A DNA stretch of 64,000 nt from Geosiphon pyriformis uo1. Its lineage: Eukaryota > Fungi > Glomeromycota. This document shows positions 22,833 to 35,425 of this stretch, one piece after another. The notes beneath the pieces are model-generated. The model had not been told where the DNA came from. It did no database searches and worked only from the letters and a program-made list of their open reading frames with translations. The stretch's first letter is position 1, and each line of letters begins with the position of its first letter. The translations under genes were made by a program, and so were the position numbers. The DNA lies in NCBI GenBank assembly GCA_016748015.1, contig JAAOMT010000483.1, positions 186,001 through 250,000 on the forward strand, read 5' to 3'.

Positions 22833-24593
22833 CTTTTATTGTTGTTGTTGTTGTATCTACTGTATTTTTTTATATAATATTTTGTCAATTAATTTGATAT
22901 GTTTGTCTAGATAATTATGATTGGTTTTAAATTTCGTGAAATTTTATTTGGTTGAACTAGTATTTGTTGTACTTTCAGTTGTGAAATATTACTAGTAAAT
23001 AATAGTAATATATTGTAATATGGTTTTAATCAATCTCTATATGCTGTTTTAGTTAATATTTTGTTGTCTTATCTTAATTTATAAGATCTATTTCCTAGAA
23101 TTTCTTTAATGTGAAATAGTTCATCCTATTTGGAATCAAATTTTCTACTTTATTGTTTTTCCATTTTGGTATAATGTAAAAGTACTTTGTCTTTAATTCT
23201 AAATTTAATTGGTTTAATTGGTAATTAGTTATTATGTCGTTTTTTTTGTTTTTCTTATAATTTTTGAATGTTATTAGCTGTTTTTTATCTTTTGTTTTCC
23301 AAAGTTTCTATTAATTTGTATGTTTTTAGCAATGTTCTTTGAAAGTTGGCTTTTGTTATTGGTTCTATTAAATATGTGTTGATGTTTATTTTAATTAATA
23401 ATATTGCTGTTCTACTATAAACAAGTTCAAATAGTGTTGCTTGTATGATATCTTGCTTTATTGTTTAATAAGCAAATAGTACTAATGGTATAAACAAATT
23501 CCATTTGTTCTGGTTTTTTTGGCTGATCTTGGCTATTACTTTATACAATATTCTATTAAACTTTTTGACTAAGCCATTTGTTTATGGATAATATGATAAT
23601 GATAATAGTTTCTTAATTCCAAATTTTTGACTTAATTCTGTTATTGTTCTATTCACAAAGTGAGTTTTTTAATCTGATAATATTTTTTTAAACATCCATG
23701 TTTACAAATCAAATCTTGATGAATAAATTTGGCTATGGATTCTGCATCTGCTCTTTGAATTGCTTTTACTTCTGACTATTTTGTGAGATAGTTCATAGCT
23801 ATTGCTATATAATGATTGTCTTTGCTAATTATTGTTAATGATCTGACTAAGTCAATTTCAATTTGATCAAATAGTTGTCTCATTTTAATTAGTCTTAGTG
23901 GTTTACTGGGTCTTGTTTTTTTTTCTTTAATAAGCATTACAATTTTGAATATATTAGATAATATCTGGATATATTGATGGCCAATAATATCTTTTTCTGG
24001 TTTTTTTCATGGTTGCTTCTTTATGAAAATGTTCTGTTGTTAAATCTGAATACATATTGAATAGTATTGTTTCTTTTTTTGGTTTTGTAATTACTTTAAG
24101 TGGCTAATTTGGGTATTTTCTGTTCTTCTGGTATAATATATCTTGGTGTGTGATAAAATATTTTGCTTGTTGTTTTATGTTGTTTTGTTTCTTTTGAGAT
24201 AATTTCTTCTTAAACTGTTAAGTATTAATATAATATTGGAGTTGTTGATATTTTTGTGTGTTTATCTTTTATTATATTTTTGGGTTAAAATGTTCTTAGA
24301 TTTGTTTTATTTGTAACAAACTGTTAGCATTTCCGTTTTCTTTTCTCTTTTTGTAATGTACTATATAATTAAATAGTAATAGTTTTATTTTCTATCTTGT
24401 ATGGCAATTGTCTTTAAATTTTTGCTTTTGGATTGATGTTAATTCTTTGTAATCAGTATACACATCAAACTTTTGACTTAAATATTTCTTTCATTTTATA
24501 ACAGTCTAATAAATAGCCAAATATTCTAATGCTAAAGTTCTATAGTTTTTTTTAGTAGAACTTAAGCTTTGGCTGGCATATACTATTAAGTGT

Positions 24594-25606
24594 TGTTACT
24601 AGTAGAATTTTAGCTATTAATTAGCATGAAATTACCCTTATAATTCTTATAATTCATTAGTATATTAATGTCATTTCAAATTATCATTTATTATTTAATC
24701 AATTATCACATATCACGATTCAATTAAAATAATCTAATTAGTATAACAGAAAGTAAGATGATCAAATTACACAATATCCTGAACTTTGTAACATTCAGAA
24801 ATTCGCCGAAATTTACAGAAATTCGCCGAAATTTATAAGAAATTCGCCGAAATTTACAGAAATTCACCGAAATTATGAATAGTTCACCCAAATTAATTAA
24901 TAGTTCAGCAAAATAACTTGTAGTTCATCAAAATGTATCTTTAGTTTGCCGGAATTTGGGCAAAGAGAAAAAGTGCAAGTTCATAAACTAGTACTACAAC
25001 AAGTTGTATAAAAGAAGAGCTTTTCTCTTCTGGAAAATATATCTTACTTTAGATTTATCTCTTAAAACCGTTTATATACACACAAAAAGAAATAAAAATC
25101 AAATAATTCGAAAAACCAAATTCTTTAATTATTGTACTTAGAAAAACCCCCAAAAACCCAACTAACATTTCGAAATTGATTAGCTACCAATTTCAGTAAA
25201 CTGTTAGTGATTCCAGGCTTGGATAGAAAACGTTTCTCTTGACAAAATTCTATTTCTTTTACATTTCTTTTATTTTCCTTTTCTTTTCTTATTACAATCA
25301 TTAGGGTAGCCTACAGACAAGATTTCTGTAGAAGAGTTGACTTTCACAGCAAAGTAACTATACATTTTAGTGAGCTTCCAGATGAGCAATTCCTGGGAAA
25401 GAGTTGATGTTTACTACAACGTAACTACATAAAGTAACTGGCAAGGAATTGGCCATTCCACTTATAAGCCCAGCAGTTCAAATTATAGGAGATAATTTGA
25501 AGATAAATTCAGTTATTGGAGGTTTAACTACTTCTAGAAAACATGAATTCACAACAAACAGACATTAACAACATTTAAGAAAAGAGACCAAAAATCTCTG
25601 GTAACA
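24594..25606 (+). mobile_element. Solo LTR, family B
   Basis: TGTTAC..GTAACA ends; TSD GTGT at 24590-24593 and 25607-25610. Confidence 0.95.
24798..24894. repeat. About 20-bp tandem repeat GAAATTCGCCGAAATTTACA in the B LTR U3
   Basis: Four clear copies and one degenerate copy. Equivalent arrays lie at about 49330-49420 and 58280-58370. Confidence 0.9.
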
Positions 25607-27639
25607 GTGTTCTCTTCTATCTGGTCTTTTTTGTGACAACACTGCTTCCAAAACTTGTCCTAATGTATCAGTAGTAATAATAAATAATTTGCTGTGATCA
25701 AAATAAATTAGTACTAAAGCTTGAATAAGTTTGTTTTTTAATATGTCAAAAACTTCTTGCTGCTTTTCAGTCTATTCATATTTAGTGTTTTTGGCTTAAA
25801 GTTGATGAAATAATTGAGTCAGTTTAGAAAAGTTTTGGATAAAGCAGCAATAGTATTCAGCAAATTCCAAGAATGTTTTTAGTTCTGTGAAATTTGTAAG
25901 TACTGGAAAGTTTTTGACAATTTTAATCTTATTTGGACCTGTTTTGATGCTGTTTTTGTTTACAACATATTTCAAGAATTTCAGTTCTGTTTTGTTAAAA
26001 AAACACTTTATAGTATTCAACTTTAGTCTAGTTTTTCTTAGTCTTTTAAATACTTGTTGGAGATGATGAAGATGATTATTGAATGTTTTGGAAAACACAT
26101 TGGTATTATCTAAATAACCTACTATTGACTTCTATAGTAATCTAATATAGACAATTTCTATTAGTTATTAAAAAGTGGCTGGAATATTTATTAAGCTAAA
26201 TAATATTACATCAAATTCAAAGTTTTTTTTTCTGGTTGTAAACACTGTTTTTTCTTTGTTGGTTGATTCATGACTACTTGTCAGTAATCACTGTCTAAAT
26301 CCAAAGTGAAGAACCATTTTTTTTCTTCAAAAGCATTAAATAGTTTTTGAATTTGTGAAGTCAAATAGCTGTCTTTATAAGTCATACTATTAAGCTTTCT
26401 GTAATTTACACAAAAGCAGATTTTCCTATTTTTCTTTCAGATTAGTATCACTGATAATGATTATAGACTCATGAATGATTGAATTAATCTATTGTCCAAC
26501 ATTTTGTTGATTTTTTGTTGAATGATCTTATGGCTTGCTAGTAGTACTCTGTATGTTTTTTGTTTAATTGGCATTACATCTTCAGTTTTGATTTGGTGTT
26601 GGATAATATTAGTTCTGTTAAATTTCATTTTTACTTGTAAAAATGGCAGTAAAGTTGTTAAGTAGCATTTTGATTTACATATGTTAAAGTGGGTCTAGAT
26701 TTCCCAAATTCATTTGTTCTAATTGTTTTAATTGGAACAAATAATATTTTTTTCATTTGTATATTGTTTGTAATATAATATTCACATATCTGCAAAGTTG
26801 TAGAAAATCTGGAATGGTGTTTGATGATTGATCCTTAATCTTGGTGCTTAAATATTTGATGATGGTTTCACTTGGTATTTTGATAGTGTTTTCAGTTATA
26901 TTGTAGATAAAAATTTTGATGTATTTATTGTTTTTGGCTAATATGTAGAGATTAATAATTCCAATTCTTCCTGATTCATAAATTGTAGTCTTTGTTTCAA
27001 AAATCTGAGGTTGATCTTTTATTTTTCTCTCTATAATTAATATGTATTGGTTATATAACAAAATAAAAACTAAGTGACTGGTAAAAATAATTTCTCTCTT
27101 GTTAATGATTTCTTCCTCTGCCATATTAACTGGTACTTTTATTCTATCTGTAAATTCGAATTCATTTTTTTTTCTGGCTGTAATTCTTAATTTTTTTCTT
27201 GTTTCTGCTAATATTAACTAAGCTATTTTAACTAGAGATAAGAATATTGTTTGTGTTATTTTTTTATTTAGTTTAATAACATATTTTTTTTCTGAATTAT
27301 TTTGTAGTATTGCAATAATATTTTCTATATATTTTGCATCAATTATTCCTTCTCTAATGTTGATTTCCTTTTTCATTAAACTAAATCTAGATGCTAATTG
27401 AACTATTGTTATTATTGGAATTTTTATTGCTATTTTTAGATCTATATAAGTACACATATTGGATTTCAAGATAATGACATTTTTTTCTGAATATTTTAGA
27501 TTAAATTCTGTATTAATATTATGTGTGCATTTTGGCATAATATTTTTATTATTATTGCTGAATTATTTTAGTTTCTGCTTTATTAAAAGATCTAGAAGTG
27601 TAATATATTGTTTAGAATTGTAACCAGAGTTTAAATAAT

Positions 27640-28630
27640 TGTTATCTAAGTAGAAAAACCAATTCAAAGTTATAGAAAAAACATAACCAAAAATGTAACA
27701 ACATGAAATAATACAGAATAATATAAAAAAACACAGAATAATACATAATAACTCAGAATAACATAATACAAAACTCGATAATATATTATAGCACAAAATA
27801 ACTAATTAAAACATAGAATAACTAATAATAATATAGAAAAATAAAATGATAACAAAAATAACAAAACAATAACTAGCAAGAATAAAACAATTAAAAAACA
27901 ATTCTGTAGAACCAAAAAAATGTATAAAAACAAGTAATTATAGAAATTAGAAAAGCATCCAGACAAGAATCAATTTTTCTTTTCCTTATAATTATTATAT
28001 TTTATAAAAATAAAAAACTTATTTGAAAAACCACAAAATCATTGATATATAGTCATCAATTATCTTGTGTTTGAATTAAACTAATCCTTGTTTCATAATT
28101 TTATTCCAGAACAGATGCTTTTAGTATAAATGTTTTGAACTCTTAATAACTGGACCAATTACTCTTAATCATGGTAATTAATGATACTAATTCATCTTTT
28201 TTTATTTTTTTTTATTTTACTTTATTTTATTTTGTGGAGCAACAACATAGGAAAATTGACTGTCTGAAAATAGACTTTGTAATAGTTTGGTAAAAAAAGA
28301 AGGCTTTTTCTAAGTTTAAATATTAACATTATCTTGGTAGCTTATCAGAAGAGCAAAAAAACACCACCAGACCTTAATGACTATGCTTGTTAGCTTAAAG
28401 AAAATAGCTTACATTACATATAAGAAATTATAATATCATGAAACATATCTCTGTGTCTTATAACCAAAGAACTCTATAGATAAATTCATAACAATCCGAC
28501 AAACTTTTAGAGACTAATAACATTAACACAACAAACAAGACTACTGAAAGAAAATTATTAAAAACTCCCTAAAAACCAAATTTTGAGCACCAAATATTAT
28601 TATCATACTCCACTAAGTTTATTCATAACA
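27640..28630 (+). repeat. 5' LTR of element C
   Basis: Direct repeat of 28798-29806 and 40639-41660, followed by the PBS. Confidence 0.92.
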
Positions 28631-28649
28631 TTTGGTGTTCTCTGTGAGA

Positions 28650-31600
28650 TTATAAAAATTTACAGAGACAGAACACCCCAAAAATTCACAAAAGTAACAA
28701 CTCTCAAAACAGTAGAAAAAGATTATTTACTATATGAAAAAACATTATTTCAATACTTTAGACAAGATTTGAAAATACTATTTGAAGCTGTTACTGCTAT
28801 TACCCAAGTAAAAAAACCAATCCAAAGTTATGGAGAAAACATGACTAAAAACATGATAACATAAAATAATATAAGATAATGTAAAAAAATACAGAATAAC
28901 GCATAATAACTCAGAATAACATAATACAAAACTTGATAAATGTGGTATAACACAAAATAATTAGTGGAAACATAGGATAACTAATAATAACATAAAAAAC
29001 AAAGTGATAACAAAAATAGTAAAGCAATAGCTAGCAAAAATGAAACAATAAAAAACAATTCTGTAGAACAAAAAAATATATATAAAAATGAGTAGTTATA
29101 AAAGTTAGAAAAGCATTCAGACAAGAATCAATTTTCTTCTTTCTTATAATTATTACATTTTACAAATATAAAGGACTTATTTAAAAACCACAAAATTATT
29201 GATACATGATCATAAATTATCTTGTGTTTGAATCAAACTAATTTTTGTTTTATACTTTTATTCCAGAACAGATGTTCTTAATATAAATGTCTTGAATTCT
29301 TAATAATCTGAACCAATTGTTCTTAATTATAGTAATTAACAATACTAATTCATCTTTCTTTATTTTATTTTATTTTTTTTATTTTTTTTTATTTTTTATT
29401 TTCTCTTGTGGAGTAGCAACATAGGAAAATTGATTGTTTAATAATAGACTTTGTAATAGCCTGGTAAAAGAGAGAGGCTCTTCTTAAATTTGGATATTAA
29501 TATTATCTTGATAGCTTACCAGAAGAGCAAAAAGACACCACCAGATCCTAATAACTATGCTCATTAGATCAGAAAAAATAGTTTACATTTACATACAAAA
29601 CATTGCAATATCATGAAACATTTTTCTGTGCCTTATAACCAAAGAACTTTATGGGTAAATTCATAACAATTAAACAGACTTTTAGAGACTAATAACACCA
29701 ATATAACAAACCAGCCTACCAAACAAAAACTCTCAAAAGCTTCTTAAAAACCCAAGTTTTGAGCACCAAATATTACTATTATACTCTACTAAGTTTATTC
29801 ATAATACCACTAAAAGAAATTTTTGTCAATATCAACAGGCAAAAATTGACTGTCTGTTAGGCCAAACAACAGATACAGAAAAAATCAAAAAACAAATACA
29901 CCAAAAATTATTAACATATTCAACAGAAATCACTACTTAAGTCATAGTTAAGACCCTTTGTATAATTAACAAAGAAATCAAAAAATACATAACACAACAG
30001 TATCCTCAAATAAAAGGAAGACAATTAGCAAAGCCCAACTTTACAAAATTCGAGTTTAAATCTGATAATACAACAGCCACACAAGAACAAACTCAATTCA
30101 TGGTCAGCAAGAAGTCAAGATTACTTTCATCAACTACTTTATTATATTATTAGACATCAAAAAGTAGAATCTTATTCAACCAACTTACAAAAACAGAAAC
30201 AAAAACTCCAAGAACTCCCAGAACTCTGTATTTCTGAGATCATAATAATAATCTTTGGACAAAATTCCTAAGAGAATACAAATTGTTATTTAGGAATCTT
30301 ACTTTAACAGCCAGTTAATCCAGCAAAAGCATGTTCTTTTGGATATCACTACTAACACAGTTTTTAATAGAATTGGCAACCACTCCTATAGAAGAAACAG
30401 CCATTTTGCTACTCATTGGCCCCAACAAAAAAAAACAACCAGTATTAGCATCTGAAGAACAATATAGTATCACACCATCAATTTCCTTAGCCTTAACCAA
30501 TAAACTACCTCCAATTAATTAGAACATGACTTACCAAAATATTGCTAGGTTTGAAAAATTTTCCAGAAAAGAAAATAACACAAATTCTTGGATTGTGGAA
30601 GCCAAGAAAGCAATTACTGCCAACAATTGGGATAATAACAGAACAATCCAAATATTGTCTTTTTTTCTAACAAAAATGGCAGATTCATAGTATCAAAGTC
30701 TTGAAGAGAAACCAACTAACTTTGCTGCTTTCAAATTTGCTTTTTTGTGATATTTTTATAAACCTAATATACTTATCAAATTACAAAATCAGTTTAGTAT
30801 AGTAAAACAGAAAGATCATAAAGCCATAACCACTTATTTTGGATGATTTAATCAAATTCTCTAACAGGTTTAGGCAATTGAAAGAGACTATTACACATAC
30901 AGACAAATCCTTAATCAATTTATCAAAAGATTAAAAAGTAACATTTTACAATTAGTAAAACTTCAGCACCCAATAAACTTACAAAAAGCAATCTTTCTTG
31001 TTCATAACTTCAAATCAGCAAAACAAGAAGCCAACTACACTCAAGTTGTCAATTTGGCCATCAATAAAACCCGCAATATTAATGAAAAGCTTATCCAATT
31101 AAGTGAAAAATTAACTCAAAAAATTGAGGAATTTTTAGCCAGTACTACAGAAACCTATCAGCTACCCCAATGAAAAGACAACAATAACAACAAATACCAA
31201 CTACAACAAAATCATCAACAACAACAACAATTCTAAAGATCAGATCTCCATAATTGTTACTACTGTCAAAAACCTGGACATATTGCCCAGAATTGCCAAA
31301 AGAAAGTAACAGACTAAAACCAAGGAAATTAATATTATCAACAATTAAAATATTCTCAAGTCATAAGACCACAACACTCAGCACCTCAATATTAACCACC
31401 ACAGTACTTACAACAAATGTTCCAGAATTACTATTAACCACTATCAGCAATAACTCAACCAGCATCTTAATATTAAAATTCTGTATATAGTTAACCAAAA
31501 ACTTGAACAATTGACTACAATTAAGGATGATAAAACATTAGTAAGAATTAATTACAACCTATCAATGAGCCATTCTAACCAATCAATTGTGACAATACAA

Positions 31601-31800
31601 CATTCTAATCAATGCCAACTAAATATCCTAATCAAGTCTCATATTTTGATCTCACCAAAACTCCAAATTTTGGTAATACTACATCTTTAGAAGGGAAGAA
31701 TGTAAATAAACTTCTTAATCTTTTAACTCTAAAAACCATCTTAACTACCATCACTATTCTACTTGTCACCATCATAGAAGACCATACTCTGGCCACTATA
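28650..31800 (+). pseudogene. gag: gag of element C, interrupted by a solo LTR
   Basis: Capsid-like FEKFSRKENNTNSWI..ANNW; knuckle CYYCQKPGHIAQNC at about 31255-31296. Confidence 0.85.
28798..29806 (+). mobile_element. Solo LTR, family C, inserted into gag of its own family
   Basis: Third copy of the C LTR with no adjacent PBS or PPT. Flanks are CTGC and CCAC, a decayed TSD. Confidence 0.88.
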
Positions 31801-34800
31801 TTTTTTTTCAATCTTAATAATTTGAATAATATCATTGATCTTTTTAGCAGAGTTACTATTAACCAAAACAAACCAATCATGGTGATGTATACTAATGTTT
31901 GAGTAGAAAAAATAAACATTAAATTAATATTCAACAGTAAATCTACAGATAGCATAATTACAAAACAACTTATGAATTAATTAAGTCACCAAGTGGATTA
32001 GACAGCTACTGCCCAAATTATTACAGCAGATAAAAATACCAAGATCCTAATAAGAGAAATTGACAATTTTTTTTTCAAAATTAGCAGAATTCAAATACCT
32101 ACTAAAGTTTTTGTCATGGAAGTTATTCAATATTAAGCCTTTGTAGAAAACAATTGGCTAATAAAAGCCTATGCTACTCTAGACTGAAATATACAAAAGC
32201 TTTAAATTACTTTCAAAGGACAACATGCTTGAATACTCATAATATGCAGACACTTCCAAATAACAACCCCAAAATAATCATTAATCAAATTTAATAAACT
32301 AATTTCCCAACCAACCTTAAAAACATACCAAGTTTTTTGAACAGACAATTTTTGAACAGAGCTTCTAACAATCTCTACTTGAGAAAATAAAGAAAAAGGA
32401 AAAACTGATAAAGAACATCAGGTTCCCTTATCAATTTACCAAATACCATATTAAAAAGATCAACTATACTAACTTCTAAAACTAATCTGTGTTGATTGTA
32501 AAAAGAAATTATCTTTAATAGATGTCTGTATTGGAGATGACAAAGTTTGGCCAACTGCCATAAAATATTATTGTTAACTGTGTGTATTAGAAAAATTCAG
32601 ATGATCAAAATAGCAGAGCAAATAGAACAATATCTTCTGTTTTATATGTAGTGAAATTCTATCTAATAAAGATCTATGGAATAACATTCCTAAAAAAGGA
32701 GGAATCTGTGATAAGTCTTGTCAGTACACCATTTTGATTAATAACTGGATGCAAAAAAAACTTTGTTCACTGCAACATATCAACAGACAATAAACTGACT
32801 GGAGAATTATTCTTATAATAAAGAAAAAATTTGGAAAATAGCCCTAGCAAAATGTGAAGAAGCCATTATTGAAGAAATACATACCATTAAAAATGCTTTT
32901 ATAATCATCAAAAAAATAGATGACCTATTCACAAATAACTTGGAAGTATTCTAAGACTGATACCAAGAATTGGCTCTTATCTGGGAGGAACAAAAGCAAA
33001 GCCTAACTGACTTCAATACAAAGCTGTGCAATCATTGTTTAATTTCTTGCCATTTTTAACACTGTAACAAATGTGATTTTTTATTCAATCTACCTCTAAG
33101 AACATTATATTCTATCACAGAATTATCAAAACCTAAAGACAACTATAAATTAGTCACCAAGAACATGTTATTTTAAGAGCTGAATAAGGCTGTCAAAATG
33201 GAACAGTACTTTGTCTATCTTGACCTCTTTAAAAAATTGGAATTAAAATAATATAATAACAACCATGAAGAAATATGTCTTGAAAAAACACACAAAACTA
33301 ATGCTAGTTTTGACTTAAAATACCTTGAACAATTACCTATAGTTATAGCTTTATATTTTTTTGTAACAATAGATCTAAAAATAGTCTTGAAAATTTTTAT
33401 CAGTATGATGGTACAAATCACATCTTGATTTAGTCTGGCTAAGAAAAAAATTAATATGAAAAAAGGAATTATTAATGCTAGATATATCCAGAAACATTAT
33501 TAGAATATTACAAAACAATTCAGACCAACCCTACAAAATTGAGTTACAAGAAAAAATTGCTTAAGCTATCTTTTTGCCTTTTATAAAAATACCCAAATTA
33601 ACTTCAGTTACTACATATAAAGAATTAAATCTCATTGTTAAAAGAATTAATGGATTCAGATCAAGTAGAAAAGGAAACATATTCATCAATTTTATTGAAG
33701 AAAGCAGTGACCAAATAGAACTTATATACACAGACACAATTATTTTTATCTCTCCATATTGACAATATATTCTTAAAATAGAAAGAAAGATCTAAGATCA
33801 AGTCATATTATTTAAAGCCAATCCAGAAATTTGCTCTTTAGCTGATATAATCAATTTGTATATACTAATCAAAGCTTATAAACATTTAAAAATTTCTATC
33901 TATAATTACACTAAAGATACTATTGAAATCCCAAAATAAATTCTTATTGGTTTCATATCCTCAAACATTCAAAATCCAAAAAAACCTCAACCTATTTCAG
34001 ATTTTATGCAATTATTCTTATTTTGTAATATTACTTTACAAGTATAGAACCTGCTAAAAAAAAGTTACTTATTTACATTAGAAGAAATCAACAAATTAAA
34101 TTTGAGAAACTTAAGCACTCTATAGCAAATACAACTTAAAGTCCTTTTAAATCAGTATACCAATGTTTTTGCCAGCAAAAATGAATTTGAACACACTGAT
34201 ATTATTAAACACCAGATTAATATAGAAGACATGTGACTCATTAAGCAATAAGCTTATAGAATAAACCCAACAGATAACAATCTAATCAAACAGAAGGTAC
34301 AACAAATGCTTGACAACAGTTTAATCAAAAAATTGTTAAGCTCTTAGTCCTCTTTAATTGTATTAGTCACAAAAAAAAATAGAAAGATAAGATTCTGCAT
34401 GAACTATCAGAAACTAAATAGTATTATTTAAGAAGATAGTTATTCCACTCTTTTTATTCAAAAAATTTTAAACAATCTGGGAAATAAAAAATAATTCTCA
34501 TTATTAGATTTCACCAGCAGATATTGACAAGTCAAAATAGATTTAAAGAACAAAAAAAAAACAGCATTTACTATGTGAGATAGAAACTTTGAGTTCAACA
34601 TAATGCTTTTTGGACTTTACAACATCTCTGCTATCTTTCAATAGTTAATAAATATTATGTATAAAAGAATCTTATAGAAATTAGTTATAATATATTTAGA
34701 CAATACTAATGTATTTTCTGAAACCTTCAATAACCATTTACTTTACTTTCAACAGATTTTTAAGTACTTCTGGGGTGCAAAACTAAAACTTAATCTTAAC

Positions 34801-35425
34801 AAATGCTTTTTTGGAAAAAAAAAACTGAAATTTTTAGGACACCTAATTGGTAAAAATGAAGTCAAATCTGATTCAAACAAAGTACAAAAAGTTAGAGATT
34901 TTTCAGTTCTAACTAATTTATAAAAACTAAGAAAATTCTTAGAACTGGCTGGATACTATTGTTAATTTGTTAAAGAATTCTCAGATATTGCTAAATCTTT
35001 TTACCACTTATTGTCAAAACATGTGCTGTACTTCTGGAAAAAAAAACAGTAAGAAGCATTTGATTACTTTAAACAATAATTGATTACAGCACCAATTTTG
35101 ATCTACTCCAACTTCAACAAAAGATTTATAATTGCAACAGATGTTTTAAAAAACACATTAGAAGTAGTTCTGTCTCAAATCAGACCAAACAACAGAAAAC
35201 ATCCAATTACATATACTAGTCATAACACAAATTCAGCAAAAAAAATATACAGTACAACAAATTTGGAATATCTTGTCATCTATTGAGTTATATACACATA
35301 AAAATACTATCTTAGCCAACTATTTGACATATATAATAATCATAAAAGGCTTATTTGGTTACTTAACAAACCACAACCAAAAAGAAAATATGTGTGATGG
35401 AGTACTTATTTGTAACAATTTCTAT

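Larger units (their letters stand above)
22870..27639 (-). pseudogene. pol: pol remnant of element D (dUTPase about 27140-27540, RT, RH, IN)
   Basis: dUTPase QLASRFSL..EGIIDAKY; RT HLHHLQQVFKRLRKTRLKLN; integrase collinear with element A. Confidence 0.88.

Noticed and set aside
24798-24894. Short regularly spaced repeats as a possible CRISPR array
   Set aside because: There are no unique spacers or cas genes, and the repeats lie within a eukaryotic LTR.
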